Below, piece after piece: positions 8,547-18,417 of a stretch of 32,000 nt of DNA. Each line of letters begins with the position of its first letter. The first letter of the stretch is position 1. The notes beneath the pieces were generated by a model that was not told the DNA's origin, made no database searches, and saw only the letters and a program-made list of their open reading frames with translations. This stretch comes from Synechococcus sp. A15-24. Its GTDB lineage: Bacteria; Cyanobacteriota; Cyanobacteriia; PCC-6307; Cyanobiaceae. Location: assembly GCF_014280195.1 (NCBI RefSeq), contig NZ_CP047960.1:60001-92000 (forward strand), written 5' to 3'. The translations under genes and the position numbers were made by a program.

Positions 8547-8735
8547 ATGCAGTTCCTCAACACGCTGACGGTTCTGGCCCTCGTGGTGGCGTCCTTTGCG
8601 CTCATCGTGGCGGTTCCGGTGCTGTATGCCTCCAGCGAAGACAGCGGTCGTTCCAACCGTCTGATCCTGCTGGGCAGTGCTGTTTGGGTGGCGCTGGTGT
8701 TGCTGAACTGGGGTGTGAGCTTCTTTGTGGTCTGA
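8547..8735 (+). CDS. psbZ: Photosystem II reaction center protein Z
   Basis: 62 aa with two hydrophobic helices: MQFLNTLTVLALVVASFALIVAVPVLYASSEDSGRSNRLILLGSAVWVALVLLNWGVSFFVV. Length and pattern match PsbZ/Ycf9. Confidence 0.85.
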   Translation: MQFLNTLTVLALVVASFALIVAVPVLYASSEDSGRSNRLILLGSAVWVALVLLNWGVSFFVV

Positions 8736-8797
8736 CGGCGGCGTCGGTTGCAACCCAGGTGGTGCCACGATGGCTGTGATTCAGCTGGCACCTCCCC

Positions 8798-9286
8798 ATG
8801 GCCACTTTTGAGGGATGTTTTTCCGATGCGTCAGGGCTGCGCATCGGCATCGTCGTGGCCCGGTTCAATGATCTGGTCACCGCCAAGCTGCTGAGCGGCT
8901 GCCTGGATTGCCTCAAACGTCATGGACTTGATGTGTCCGAGACCAGTGGTCAACTGGATGTGGCCTGGGTGCCGGGATCGTTTGAGCTACCGATCGTGGC
9001 GCAGCAGATGGCCCGCAGCGGTAAGTACCAGGTGCTGATCACCCTGGGCGCTGTGATCCGTGGCGACACCCCCCACTTCGATGTGGTGGTTGCTGAAGCC
9101 AGCAAGGGGATTGCGGCGGTGGCTCGGGATGCCGCGGTGCCTGTGATTTTTGGTGTGCTCACCACAGACACGATGCAGCAGGCGTTGGAGCGTGCAGGCA
9201 TCAAGAGCAACCTGGGCTGGAGCTACGGCTTGGAGGCCCTGGAGATGGGCAGCCTGATGCAAGGGCTGCCCACGCCGGTGGGTTGA
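8798..9286 (+). CDS. ribH: 6,7-dimethyl-8-ribityllumazine synthase
   Basis: [20 protein letters not shown]...VPGSFELP...[15 protein letters not shown] are the canonical RibH blocks. Confidence 0.9.
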   Translation: MATFEGCFSDASGLRIGIVVARFNDLVTAKLLSGCLDCLKRHGLDVSETSGQLDVAWVPGSFELPIVAQQMARSGKYQVLITLGAVIRGDTPHFDVVVAEASKGIAAVARDAAVPVIFGVLTTDTMQQALERAGIKSNLGWSYGLEALEMGSLMQGLPTPVG

Positions 9287-9301
9287 GTCGCTCCAGGTTC
9301 T

Positions 9302-9835
9302 GTGGGCTGGAAAGGCTGTCTGCTGCCGCTGCTGTTTCCTTTGAGCGTGCTGGTGATCGGCAGCTGGCGTCTTGCTGTGGACGATCACGCGTCAAAAAGC
9401 GCTGACCGTCAAAGCTCGGCTGTTATTGCACCGACCAAGCCGAATTATCAGCAGCCACCGCCAGGGACCTATCCCACCTGTGATGACAACCCTGCCTTAG
9501 GTGATGCGCTGTTGAGCGAGGGCCAGCGCCTTGGGATCTCAGTTCAAGCTGGCGCACCTGAGCTGCCTGGCAAAGACGCCACCTATAAGGCCGAACCCGG
9601 ACGTCTTGGCACGATCACGCTGAAGCAACGGCCGATGAGCCCGCTGGTGCGGTGCTTGTTGATCAGCCATGAATTCATCCATGTGCTGCAGCACCTACAA
9701 GGCAACTTGCGGGGTGTGCCACCGCTGGGCTGGAGTACGGGGCATCCCGATCCAATCCCGCAGGAGGCGGAGGCCTATGGACATCAACGGCGGGCGGGAT
9801 ATGTCTTGTCTCTGTTGCAAGCAACCTCGCCATAA
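9302..9835 (+). CDS. Hypothetical exported protein with HExxH motif (possible small zinc metallopeptidase)
   Basis: GTG start 16 nt after the ribH stop. The N-terminus is hydrophobic (WKGCLLPLLFPLSVLVIGSW). A single HEFIH motif (LLISHEFIHVLQH) is present. I recognise no other family signature. Confidence 0.45.
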   Translation: MGWKGCLLPLLFPLSVLVIGSWRLAVDDHASKSADRQSSAVIAPTKPNYQQPPPGTYPTCDDNPALGDALLSEGQRLGISVQAGAPELPGKDATYKAEPGRLGTITLKQRPMSPLVRCLLISHEFIHVLQHLQGNLRGVPPLGWSTGHPDPIPQEAEAYGHQRRAGYVLSLLQATSP

Positions 9836-9847
9836 AAAAAGCGAGGT
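9824..9847. terminator. 7-bp stem hairpin (ACCTCGC / GCGAGGT, A-rich loop) between convergent genes
   Basis: Read directly: acctcgc-cataaaaaaa-gcgaggt. It spans the stop codon of 9302..9835 and sits 5 nt from the end of 9852..10238. There is no U-tract on either strand, so terminator function is uncertain. Confidence 0.25.
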
Positions 9848-9851
9848 GCTA

Positions 9852-10238
9852 TCAGCTGAACACCTGTTGGTCACTGGTATCAAGGCCGAAGTCGCACTCC
9901 GTGTCGTCACCAAACCAAACCAAGGGAGGTACGGATGGCTCATCAGGTGGTTCGTTAAATCCCAGCAACTCCAGGGGTGAATCCAGGCCTTGGGCATCCA
10001 CGTTCAGGAAGCTGGGCTGATTGGATTCGTCTGTGCGTGCGCTTTGACTTGCGTTGTTGCCTTGATCCTCGAAGCTGACCATTGGTGATCCGCCTTGATA
10101 CACGCTCTTGGCGGGCGTTTGATCGATGACGAGGTGGTCACTATCGACATGGGCCCCAGTGCCGGTCCGTTGCCAGCCAATGTGGGTTTCGTGGGTGTGA
10201 TCAGTGGGATTGTCTGGCATGGGTTTCTCGGGAGTCAC
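9852..10238 (-). CDS. Hypothetical acidic, probably disordered protein
   Basis: 128-aa ORF rich in D/E/P/S/T with no recognisable motif. It overlaps the 3' end of the upstream DUF4177-like gene by 20 nt (ATG start at 10220) or 38 nt (start at 10238). GC content is intermediate. Confidence 0.4.
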   Translation of the reverse strand: MTPEKPMPDNPTDHTHETHIGWQRTGTGAHVDSDHLVIDQTPAKSVYQGGSPMVSFEDQGNNASQSARTDESNQPSFLNVDAQGLDSPLELLGFNEPPDEPSVPPLVWFGDDTECDFGLDTSDQQVFS

Positions 10239-10587
10239 TACCCATTGGCATAGCCATGGATTCCTCGAGAGTGCTTCGCAACGGTCGTTTAAAAATCATC
10301 AGAGGAAGATCTGCAACCTGTTGAACTTGGATGAGCTCCCAGCCGTCGCGGCCTAATTCGTTGAGGAAGTCACAAATCTGAGCTCGCCCGTTTGCGTTGT
10401 TGTAGTACTCAGGAAATTGGTTTCGTAAGGCTTCTGCACTCAATGAACCACCCAACCTTCGGCTGGCATCGTCAGGATTAGCAGGCGCTTGGGCAACCAT
10501 CTGAACGACTTTGTATTGCCAGATAATCGTGTCTTTGGTTTTTCCCCCAAAGAGTGTGCTCTTGAGCTTGCGAAGCCAACGTTTCAT
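10201..10587 (-). CDS. DUF4177-like small protein
   Basis: The WQYKVV ... FLNELGRDGWELIQV pattern resembles DUF4177 as I recall it (YEYKVV...LNELGxEGWELV). ATG start at 10587. Confidence 0.5.
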   Translation of the reverse strand: MKRWLRKLKSTLFGGKTKDTIIWQYKVVQMVAQAPANPDDASRRLGGSLSAEALRNQFPEYYNNANGRAQICDFLNELGRDGWELIQVQQVADLPLMIFKRPLRSTLEESMAMPMGSDSRETHARQSH

Positions 10588-10677
10588 AAACCCACAAGGG
10601 GGTTGGATGTGTTCAGTCTGGCCGATTCAGTGAGCTAAGCATCGCGACCAGGTTTGTCCCTCCATGACGGGCCATGT

Positions 10678-13377
10678 TCATGCTGCCAATTGATCAAGGA
10701 TTTGAAGGGCGCGTCTGACGACCGGCTTGGGGACACCCGCAAGCCGTGCCGCTTCAATGCCGTAGCTGCGGCTGGCACCGCCGGCCTGCACCTGATGGAG
10801 GAACACCAGATCCTCGCCGGTTTCCTCCACCAGCACCTGAAAGTTGGCCACGTTGTCGCGTTCAGCGGCCAGATTGTTGAGCTCGTGGTAGTGGGTGGCA
10901 AACACCGTGCGGCAGCCCAGATCGCCGGCCAAGTGTTCGCTCACGGCCCAGGCGATGGAGAGGCCGTCGAACGTTGCCGTGCCTCGGCCAATTTCATCGA
11001 GCAGCACGAGGGAGCGATCACTGGCGTGGTGAAGGATGTTGGCGGTTTCCGCCATCTCCACCATGAAGGTGGACTGACCGGCCGCCAGATCATCCACAGC
11101 ACCCACGCGGGTGAAGATTCGATCGGCAATGCCAATGGTGGCGGAGCGGGCGGGCACCCAACTGCCGATTTGCGCCATCAGTTGGATGAGGCCGATCTGG
11201 CGCAGGTAGCAGCTCTTGCCACTGGCGTTGGGGCCGGTGAGCACCACCAGGTCGGTGCCATCACCGAGCTGCACATCATTGGCGATGAAGGTGGACTCCA
11301 CCAGCCGTTGCTCCACCACGGGGTGACGGCTGGCCTCCAGCTGCAAGACGCGGCTGTCGTTGATGGTGGGAGCGCAGTAGCCCCCTGTGGCAGCGACATC
11401 GGCCAAGCCCGTGAGCGCATCCAGCGCAGCGACGGCGCGAGCTGCCTGACGGATCGGAGCGGCCATGGCGCCAACCTGCTCACGCAGCTGGCAAAACAGC
11501 TCATATTCCCGCTGGCAGGCGCGAGCCCGCAGTTGGAAGATGCTGCCTTCCCGCTCTTTGAGATCCGGGGTGATGAACCGTTCCTCATTGGCCAGGGTCT
11601 GGCGGCGGATCCAGTGGTTCGGCACCGCCGTGGCCTTGGCTTTGCTCACCGCCAGGAAATAGCCGAAGGTGCGGTGGTGCTGCAGCTTCAGGGTGGCGAT
11701 GCCGCTGCGTTGTCGCTCCAGCTGCTCTTGATCGGCAAGCCAGGCGTCCTGATCATCCAGTTGGTTGCGCAACCCATCAAGGAGAGGGTCAACCCCGTCG
11801 TGGATCAGTCCGCCTTCACTGAGGCTCAGCGGTGGGGTCGCCAGCAGTTGGTGGCGGACGACGGCCGCCAGTTCCGCCAGGGCCGGTTGCGGTTGGGTGA
11901 GTGGCTCCAACCAGTCGGGTTCCTGTGCGATCTGACCGTTCAACTGGGCTGCCAACTGTGGCAACCGTTCGAGTCCATCCGCAATGGCGACGACATCGCG
12001 GGCCCCGGCATGGCCAGCTCCGGCACGACCGGACAGCCGCTCGAGATCACCCATCGGCCGCAGCAGCTTCCGGATCGTCAGCCGCAAGCTGCGTTGCTCC
12101 ACCAGCCGTGAGACCACGGCCTGGCGTTGCTGAATTGTGGTGAGGTCCATCAGCGGCGCTTCGATCCAGCGCCTTAAGCAGCGGCCGCCCATGGCGGTCA
12201 GGCAACGGTCAATCGCCCAAAGCAGGGAACCCTGCAGTTGCCCATCACGCTGCGTGGCAGTGAGCTCGAGGTTGCGGCGGGTCTGGAGATCAAGCACCAG
12301 GGCATCACCGCGTTGCTCGAGTGTTGGCACCTCGAGGGGAACGGAGCTGACCTCATCGAGGGGTTGGGTGTCGCGCAGGTAGGCCACCAAGCCCCCCAGG
12401 GCCCGCAGTGCGAACGGGGTGTCCGAAAGACCAAGGCCGTCGAGTGTCGCCAATTTGTAGTGGCGCAGCAGCATGGCTTCAGCGTCGGGGCGACTGAAGG
12501 GAGTGCTGGCGACGGGCGTCAGACGCCAGCCATCTGGGCACCAAGCTGGACTGGCTTCTGCTCCGCTCCACAGCAGTTCGGATGCCTGCAACTGTGCCAA
12601 GTACTGATGAAGGCTGTCGCTGCCTTGCCGTTGCAGCACGCGCACCTCACCGGTACTCACATCGGTGCTGGCCAGACCCCAGCGGAAGGGTTGTTCCCCC
12701 TGGGCTGATTCCACGACGACTGCCGCCAGCCAGTTGTTGCGGCGGGCGCTGAGCATGCCCTCCTCCAGCACGGTGCCGGGGGTCAGCACCCGGGTGATGT
12801 CCCGTTTGAGCAGGGCGCCCTTGGTGGGGGTGGTTTCGAGCTGGTCGCACAGAGCCACGCTGTAGCCCTGTTTGATCAGTTCGGTGCAGTAGCGCTCGGC
12901 GGCGTGGTGGGGGATGCCCGCCATCGGCACCCGGCCGATGGCCTTGCCGCCCTCTTTACCGGTAAGGGTGAGTTCCAGCACCCGCGAGAGCTCGATGGCG
13001 TCCTCGAAGAAGCACTCGAAGAAGTCCCCCAGGCGGTAGATCAGCACCCGCTCGGGATGGGCCGCTTTGAGTTCCACGTAGTGACGCAGCATCGGTGTCA
13101 GCTGCAGCGGATCCACCTGGCTGTGATGGGCCCAGGCGGGTTCGTCGCTGCTTGGTTCTGAATCGTTCGCAGCTGGAGCTTCGCTGCTGGCCTTGTTTGT
13201 CGTGGCCTGCCGCTGGCGGGGCCGGGCGGCGGCATCGGCGCCGAGCTCGTCGTCGCTGAGATCGTGGCTGGCGGCCTCAGGTTCGCTGGGGGTCGCAGAC
13301 GAGGCAGTTGACTCAGGGGCGCCGAATAAATTCCCTTGAAGAGCGTTGTCCTGAAGCTGGGAAACGGACCGCGGCAT
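10678..13377 (-). CDS. mutS: DNA mismatch repair protein MutS
   Basis: [29 protein letters not shown] is the mismatch-binding domain and [14 protein letters not shown] is the Walker A motif. An acidic/Ser-rich N-terminal extension of about 85 aa precedes them. I prefer ATG at 13377. The ORF track start is a GTG at 13386. Confidence 0.93.
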   Translation of the reverse strand: MPRSVSQLQDNALQGNLFGAPESTASSATPSEPEAASHDLSDDELGADAAARPRQRQATTNKASSEAPAANDSEPSSDEPAWAHHSQVDPLQLTPMLRHYVELKAAHPERVLIYRLGDFFECFFEDAIELSRVLELTLTGKEGGKAIGRVPMAGIPHHAAERYCTELIKQGYSVALCDQLETTPTKGALLKRDITRVLTPGTVLEEGMLSARRNNWLAAVVVESAQGEQPFRWGLASTDVSTGEVRVLQRQGSDSLHQYLAQLQASELLWSGAEASPAWCPDGWRLTPVASTPFSRPDAEAMLLRHYKLATLDGLGLSDTPFALRALGGLVAYLRDTQPLDEVSSVPLEVPTLEQRGDALVLDLQTRRNLELTATQRDGQLQGSLLWAIDRCLTAMGGRCLRRWIEAPLMDLTTIQQRQAVVSRLVEQRSLRLTIRKLLRPMGDLERLSGRAGAGHAGARDVVAIADGLERLPQLAAQLNGQIAQEPDWLEPLTQPQPALAELAAVVRHQLLATPPLSLSEGGLIHDGVDPLLDGLRNQLDDQDAWLADQEQLERQRSGIATLKLQHHRTFGYFLAVSKAKATAVPNHWIRRQTLANEERFITPDLKEREGSIFQLRARACQREYELFCQLREQVGAMAAPIRQAARAVAALDALTGLADVAATGGYCAPTINDSRVLQLEASRHPVVEQRLVESTFIANDVQLGDGTDLVVLTGPNASGKSCYLRQIGLIQLMAQIGSWVPARSATIGIADRIFTRVGAVDDLAAGQSTFMVEMAETANILHHASDRSLVLLDEIGRGTATFDGLSIAWAVSEHLAGDLGCRTVFATHYHELNNLAAERDNVANFQVLVEETGEDLVFLHQVQAGGASRSYGIEAARLAGVPKPVVRRALQILDQLAA

Positions 13378-13430
13378 AGACTGCACTTTCGGTCTCGAAT
13401 CGTACCCAGCTTCTGGGGTTGTATCTGCCT
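13316..13430. repeat. Direct repeat copy A: mutS start region plus upstream spacer, attached to the intact mutS
   Basis: It aligns by eye with 14686-14799. Both copies share GTGCAGnnnATGCCGCG and the upstream block CGTACC(C/T)AGCTTCTGGG (13401-13418 versus 14771-14787). The encoded peptides are [22 protein letters not shown] versus MQPMPRCSSKPLYDALQGYLFG. Confidence 0.75.
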
Positions 13431-14685
13431 AAGCGCCCCAGACCAGTGGCTTAGAGATCACCTGACACGACGATATCGGGGAGCACGTCTAGGCCGTACC
13501 CCATAGGATGTGGCCCAGCTGAAGCACCGCCGCTTGCCGCGTCTGAGACCTATTGGAATATTGTTCTGAAATGTGCTGCAATTGGTTGAATATTTATTAA
13601 AAATTAAAAAGTGATTTTTTGGCAGCAATATATGACCGCCGAAAGTTTTTCAACTTCTAATCCCATCAATTCGCTTTTAGTTCGCGATATAGTTATGTAT
13701 TGGGGGGAGCTGTTCGGTGAGCTTACTTTGCCGTAAATGGCATGGGCAAACATAGTCTAAAAAAGAATACAATATTGTGGTTTATATATTTCAACATGTT
13801 AATTCAAATCAATTTCGGTGTTGGCTATCTTTAGTGCTGGTGGAAAAGGCTACTTAACATAGGCTGCGAACAAATTGCCGCCCATAATATTAGTGACTTT
13901 GTAGCCGCTGCTACTCAATAGGTGGTATTCCATAGACTCCTTATAATTATCAATTCCGAATCCTTGGCTAACCCATTCGATGCATACAAGTCTTGGGTTA
14001 TTCATCGATTTCAAAAATTCTGATAAGTCACTTAAATAATTCACTTGTTCTATGTCTATATTTAAAAATGCTGGACTGAAATTTGGGAGTAACGAAAGTA
14101 TTAAATTAGAAATCTCTGGGAGCGTCTTACACTCTATGTCTAACATATCCCTAAATTCAAACCCCCTCTCTACCCAGGTTCTTGCTACATTTTTATCAAA
14201 TGTGTTGATGGCGCCGGCCTTGAAACGAAAGAATTTAAGGTGCTTAAATTCTGAATTCACCTGGCTTGATTTGATTCCTAAATTAAAAAAAGTATCGGCC
14301 CTTCTGATGTTTTTCCAATGACTCTCCAAATCTGGATTAGCGTCAATAGCTACGCCGTTCCAGCCTGCTAGATTTAAAAGTTTAGTATTTGAGTAAAGTG
14401 TTTCATGGTAACAGCCTATGTCAAGATATGTTCCCTTAATATCTGATAATATGTCATTCCAAAAAAATTCTCGAATAATTTCATCTTCTCCATTCTGGCT
14501 AAAACCTATTTTTAAGAATTGTTCACTTAAAATAGAAGTATTGATTAATGGGCTGTTGATCCAATTTGGGTACATGTTGTCACGAAGGGTGGTTTGAATG
14601 CTTTGACTTTAATTCCATGCCCACAACTCTTTCTTTTTGAGTTGTCCTTGGGCTTATTGGTCGAAGTGGAGGTTTCTTTGTTTCC
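13431..14685. other. Small inserted cassette between the two mutS-5' repeat copies, mostly AT-rich, carrying one FkbM-type methyltransferase gene
   Basis: There is a visible composition shift. The interior at about 13560-14685 is AT-rich, whereas 13431-13560 is GC-rich with no recognisable coding content. The cassette is bounded by the diverged direct repeats. Confidence 0.65.
13850..14575 (-). CDS. FkbM-family (Methyltransf_21-like) SAM-dependent methyltransferase
   Basis: FSQNGEDEIIREFF...GTYLDIGCYHETLYSNTKLLNLAGWNGVAIDANP resembles the FkbM-family N-terminal and SAM-binding blocks. ATG at 14575, TAG at 13850-13852. Codon usage is AT-rich. Confidence 0.65.
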   Translation of the reverse strand: MYPNWINSPLINTSILSEQFLKIGFSQNGEDEIIREFFWNDILSDIKGTYLDIGCYHETLYSNTKLLNLAGWNGVAIDANPDLESHWKNIRRADTFFNLGIKSSQVNSEFKHLKFFRFKAGAINTFDKNVARTWVERGFEFRDMLDIECKTLPEISNLILSLLPNFSPAFLNIDIEQVNYLSDLSEFLKSMNNPRLVCIEWVSQGFGIDNYKESMEYHLLSSSGYKVTNIMGGNLFAAYVK

Positions 14686-14757
14686 GGCGCCCCCAAAGAG
14701 ATAGCCCTGCAGTGCGTCGTAAAGGGGTTTGGAAGAGCATCGCGGCATCGGCTGCAC
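14680..14757 (-). pseudogene. Orphan mutS 5' fragment (about the first 26 codons) upstream of the FkbM gene
   Basis: The 14545..14757 ORF begins MQPMPRCSSKPLYDALQGYLFGGAGN, paralleling the MutS N-terminus [26 protein letters not shown]. Similarity then dissolves into AT-rich sequence, and the ORF overlaps the FkbM start in another frame. Confidence 0.65.
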
Positions 14758-14799
14758 ACTCGATTTAGACCGTACCTAGCTTCTGGGTTGATATAGCCC
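14686..14799. repeat. Direct repeat copy B: mutS start region plus spacer, abutting the GNAT stop codon
   Basis: See copy A. My hand count over the first 22 codons gives about 65% nucleotide identity, so the copies are clearly diverged and not identical. Confidence 0.75.
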
Positions 14800-15255
14800 T
14801 CAACGGCGCAGCACCATCAGCTGTTGGGGGCTTGCATCCTGGAAGCCCAGTTGCCGGTAGAAGCCGGCGCTGTTGGTGGTCATTAAATAGACCCGTTCCA
14901 CCCCCACCACCGGCGGGGTGTGGAGGAGTTCTTCGATCACCCGGCGGCCGAGGCCATGGCCCTGCAGATCGCCGGCCACGACGATGTCCCAGAGCACGGC
15001 GCGGCTGAAGCCATCGGAGGTAGCCCGCCCGAAGCCCACCAGCCGCTTGCCGCGCCAGAGGCTCACCACTGTGCTGCTACCGGCGAGTAAGCGCCGCAGC
15101 TGGGAAAAGCTGCGGCCGCGGGCCCAGAAGGCGTGGCGATCAAACAGCCGTTGCAGCTTGAGCAGCGCCCGGCAGGGACGCAGATCCGGCCCGAGGCCAA
15201 GCCAGCGCAGGCCGGGGGCACCGGGGGCATGGTGGACCAGCCGGATCGGGGTCAC
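14800..15255 (-). CDS. GNAT-family N-acetyltransferase
   Basis: VVAGDLQGHGLGRRVIEELL is the Q/RxxGxG acetyl-CoA motif, followed by the C-terminal ...NSAGFYRQLGF. GTG start at 15255. GC-rich, core-like composition. Confidence 0.7.
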   Translation of the reverse strand: MTPIRLVHHAPGAPGLRWLGLGPDLRPCRALLKLQRLFDRHAFWARGRSFSQLRRLLAGSSTVVSLWRGKRLVGFGRATSDGFSRAVLWDIVVAGDLQGHGLGRRVIEELLHTPPVVGVERVYLMTTNSAGFYRQLGFQDASPQQLMVLRR

Positions 15256-15310
15256 GGGTCGGGGAGCCGCAGCAGTTCATCTTGCTCCCCTGGTGTTGAG
15301 AGGTTGCAGA

Positions 15311-16201
15311 TCAAGGAGCTAGGGCATCTTTCAGGAGTGCTTTGAGGTCCCAGTAGGGCGGTTTTTTGACGGGGATGGCTCGGAGTCTGGTTGGATTAGC
15401 CAAGATTTTTTGAACCAGTGTTTCCAGCTCCTCGATGGAGTTGGCCCAGAACAGATCGGGCCGGTTGACCAGTGGGCTGTTCTGTCCCAGCAGGCTGGGT
15501 TCGCCAAAGATCACCTGGGGCACGCCGGCGGCCATCACTTCAAACAGGCGGTGGTTGAGGTCATGGTTCAAGGGCACATTCAGCACCAAGGCGTGTTGGG
15601 CGTAAAGCCCCGCCGCTTCATTGGCGTTTGAGGTGGTGCAGTGCCGGAACGGCACCTGTTGTCTCTTGAGCAAGCCTTCCACCAGCTCACGGCGCCGGGG
15701 GTGGTGGGGGCCGAGGCTGCCCACGTGCAGCAGCTCAAGCCGTGGGGTTGGGCTGGGTGTGGCAGCTGGATAGCGAAAAAAGGATGGGGCTAAGCAGCGC
15801 ACCGGCATAGGCAAGCGCTGTTGCACGTCGTCCAGCAGCGCCGGATTGAAGGTGAGCAGCACTGCATCGTGTGGCTCAGCCGCGCAGTACTGCTGCAGGG
15901 TGCCGATCGGATCGGGGCCGTGATGGAGATCTCCGCAGACAAGGAGCCGTGGTCCAGGCCATTGGCGGATGCCCCGCATGGGGGCAGCGCGGAGCAGAAA
16001 TGGATCGGTGTACTGAAGCAGCACCCCTTTTGATGCCCATCCCCGGCGCTGTAGCGCGTTGCACAGCCCCGGCACCGACAGCTCGGTCAGCCGCAAACTC
16101 GCGGGCCCATCAGCAATCTGGGGCCCCACCTGAATCAACCCAGGCTGCTGCCAGAGCGGTTGGTAGGCCCCGTGATGGATCAGCAGGGTGGGTGTTCGCA
16201 T
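15311..16201 (-). CDS. GT-B-like glycosyltransferase (CgeB / Glyco_trans_1_2-like C-terminal domain)
   Basis: [28 protein letters not shown] resembles the Glyco_trans_1_2 block (LN...N.R.FE..A.G). ATG at 16201 ([11 protein letters not shown]). The gene itself is well supported by GC-rich codon usage. The function is tentative. Confidence 0.45.
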   Translation of the reverse strand: MRTPTLLIHHGAYQPLWQQPGLIQVGPQIADGPASLRLTELSVPGLCNALQRRGWASKGVLLQYTDPFLLRAAPMRGIRQWPGPRLLVCGDLHHGPDPIGTLQQYCAAEPHDAVLLTFNPALLDDVQQRLPMPVRCLAPSFFRYPAATPSPTPRLELLHVGSLGPHHPRRRELVEGLLKRQQVPFRHCTTSNANEAAGLYAQHALVLNVPLNHDLNHRLFEVMAAGVPQVIFGEPSLLGQNSPLVNRPDLFWANSIEELETLVQKILANPTRLRAIPVKKPPYWDLKALLKDALAP

Positions 16202-16253
16202 GGCATTGCTTGACCCAGCGATAATTGCGCTTCGTCGTTTGGTCTTGCAACTC

Positions 16254-18287
16254 ATGCCCGCCTACGACCTCACAGCTCCGTATTCCCCCAAGGGCGACCA
16301 GCCCACGGCGATCAAGCAGCTGGTGGCCGGTGTCAATGGCGGGCAGCGCTATCAGACCCTGCTGGGGGCGACGGGCACGGGCAAGACGTTCACGATGGCC
16401 AACGTTATCGCCCAGACCGGACGGCCGGCCCTGGTCTTGGCCCACAACAAAACCCTCGCGGCGCAGCTCTGCAACGAGCTGCGGGAGTTTTTCCCCGAGA
16501 ACGCCGTTGAGTACTTCATCTCCTATTACGACTACTACCAACCGGAGGCCTACGTTCCCGTCAGCGACACCTACATCGCCAAGACGGCGTCGATTAACGA
16601 GGAGATCGACATGTTGCGCCATTCAGCGACGCGCTCGCTGTTTGAACGGCGCGACGTGATCGTGGTGGCCTCGATCAGCTGCATCTACGGCCTGGGTATT
16701 CCGAGTGAATACCTCAAAGCGGCGGTGAAGTTTGAGGTAGGCGAGACCCTCAACATCCGCGGCCAGCTGCGAGAGCTGGTGAACAACCAGTACAGCCGCA
16801 ACGACACCGAGATTGCCCGGGGCCGCTTCCGCATGAAGGGGGACGTGCTGGAGATCGGCCCCGCCTATGAAGACCGGCTGGTGCGGATCGAGTTGTTCGG
16901 CGATGAGGTGGAGGCGATCCGCTACGTGGACCCCACCACTGGCGAGATCCTCCAGAGCCTGGAGGCGGTGAACATCTACCCGGCCAAGCACTTCGTGACG
17001 CCGAAAGACCGGCTGGATACGGCGATCAGTGCCATCCGCTCGGAGCTGCGGGAGCGGCTGGATCTGCTCAACGGCGAGGGCAAGTTGCTGGAGGCTCAGC
17101 GGCTGGAACAGCGCACCAAGTACGACCTGGAGATGCTGGGGCAGGTGGGCTATTGCAACGGGGTGGAGAACTACGCCCGCCATCTTGCTGGCCGCGAGGA
17201 GGGCACGCCGCCTGAGTGCCTGATCGATTACTTCCCCGATGATTGGCTGCTGATCGTGGACGAGAGCCACGTCACCTGCTCCCAATTGCAGGCGATGTAC
17301 AACGGCGACCAGGCTCGCAAGAAGGTGCTGATCGAGCATGGCTTTCGCCTGCCTAGTGCGGCTGACAATCGCCCCCTCAAAGGTGAAGAGTTCTGGGAAA
17401 AGGCGCGGCAAACGGTGTTTGTTTCCGCGACGCCTGGCAACTGGGAGCTAGAGGTGAGCGGCGGTGAGGTGGCGGAGCAGGTGATCCGCCCGACGGGGGT
17501 GCTTGATCCGGTGGTGGAGGTGCGGCCCACCAGCGGCCAGGTGGACGATTTGCTTGGAGAGATCCGCGATCGGGCGGCCAAGAATCAGCGGGTGCTGGTG
17601 ACCACCCTCACCAAGCGAATGGCGGAAGACCTCACCGATTACCTGGCGGAGAACGAGGTGCGGGTGCGCTATCTGCACTCGGAGATCCACTCGATCGAGC
17701 GGATCGAAATCATCCAGGACCTGCGCTTGGGAGAATACGACGTGTTGGTGGGGGTGAACCTGCTGCGGGAGGGTCTGGACTTACCGGAAGTGAGCCTGGT
17801 GGCGATCCTCGATGCCGATAAGGAAGGCTTCCTGCGGGCTGAGCGGTCGTTGATCCAGACCATCGGCCGGGCGGCGCGGCATGTGGAAGGGGTGGCGCTT
17901 CTGTATGCCGACAACATGACCGACTCCATGGCGAAGGCCATCTCAGAAACCGAACGACGTCGGGCGATTCAGCAGGCCCACAACAAGAAGAATGGAATTG
18001 TGCCTACTGCTGCGGGCAAGAAGGCCAGCAACTCGATCCTCAGCTTCCTGGAGCTGAGTCGCAAGCTGAAGCAGGAAGGGCCCGAAGCGGATCTTGTTCA
18101 GGTGGTGGGCAAAGCGGCCAAGGCTCTGGAAGATGATCCCGACGCCAGCCTGGCCCTGGAAGCACTGCCAGAGTTGATCGATCAGCTAGAGGCAAAGATG
18201 AAGGAGGCCGCCAAGAAGCTGGACTTCGAAGAGGCAGCGAACCTGCGGGATCGGGTTAAGCAGCTGCGTCAGAAAATGGCTGGATAG
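16254..18287 (+). CDS. uvrB: Excinuclease ABC subunit B
   Basis: [23 protein letters not shown], Walker [10 protein letters not shown], helicase motifs and the C-terminal UVR domain ([15 protein letters not shown]). ATG at 16254, TAG at 18285-18287. Confidence 0.95.
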   Translation: MPAYDLTAPYSPKGDQPTAIKQLVAGVNGGQRYQTLLGATGTGKTFTMANVIAQTGRPALVLAHNKTLAAQLCNELREFFPENAVEYFISYYDYYQPEAYVPVSDTYIAKTASINEEIDMLRHSATRSLFERRDVIVVASISCIYGLGIPSEYLKAAVKFEVGETLNIRGQLRELVNNQYSRNDTEIARGRFRMKGDVLEIGPAYEDRLVRIELFGDEVEAIRYVDPTTGEILQSLEAVNIYPAKHFVTPKDRLDTAISAIRSELRERLDLLNGEGKLLEAQRLEQRTKYDLEMLGQVGYCNGVENYARHLAGREEGTPPECLIDYFPDDWLLIVDESHVTCSQLQAMYNGDQARKKVLIEHGFRLPSAADNRPLKGEEFWEKARQTVFVSATPGNWELEVSGGEVAEQVIRPTGVLDPVVEVRPTSGQVDDLLGEIRDRAAKNQRVLVTTLTKRMAEDLTDYLAENEVRVRYLHSEIHSIERIEIIQDLRLGEYDVLVGVNLLREGLDLPEVSLVAILDADKEGFLRAERSLIQTIGRAARHVEGVALLYADNMTDSMAKAISETERRRAIQQAHNKKNGIVPTAAGKKASNSILSFLELSRKLKQEGPEADLVQVVGKAAKALEDDPDASLALEALPELIDQLEAKMKEAAKKLDFEEAANLRDRVKQLRQKMAG

Positions 18288-18324
18288 CAATAGCATCATC
18301 ATAATTTGCCAATTCGTAGTACTT

Positions 18325-18347
18325 AATGGCTGAACTATTGAGCCATT
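18325..18347. terminator. 7-bp hairpin (AATGGCT / AGCCATT) between convergent uvrB and the GT10 gene
   Basis: Read directly: aatggct-gaactattg-agccatt. No clear U-tract follows, so this is only a candidate bidirectional terminator. Confidence 0.25.
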
Positions 18348-18417
18348 TAACGGAATTAAGATGGTATAGTCTCTTGTGAATTATAGCTAAAAGCATATTC
18401 TAATAACTAACAGTATG

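Noticed and set aside
8759-8791. 7-bp inverted repeat GGTGCCA…TGGCACC between psbZ and ribH, considered as a terminator or riboswitch-like element for ribH.
   Set aside because: The loop is long (19 nt), there is no U-tract, and nothing resembles an FMN riboswitch. It is probably incidental.
13632-13736. 34-aa plus-strand ORF (MTAESFSTSNPINSLLVRDIVMYWGELFGELTLP) in the non-coding part of the mutS-proximal cassette.
   Set aside because: It is short, has no motif or recognisable ribosome-binding context, and lies in AT-rich spacer DNA where random ORFs of this size are common.
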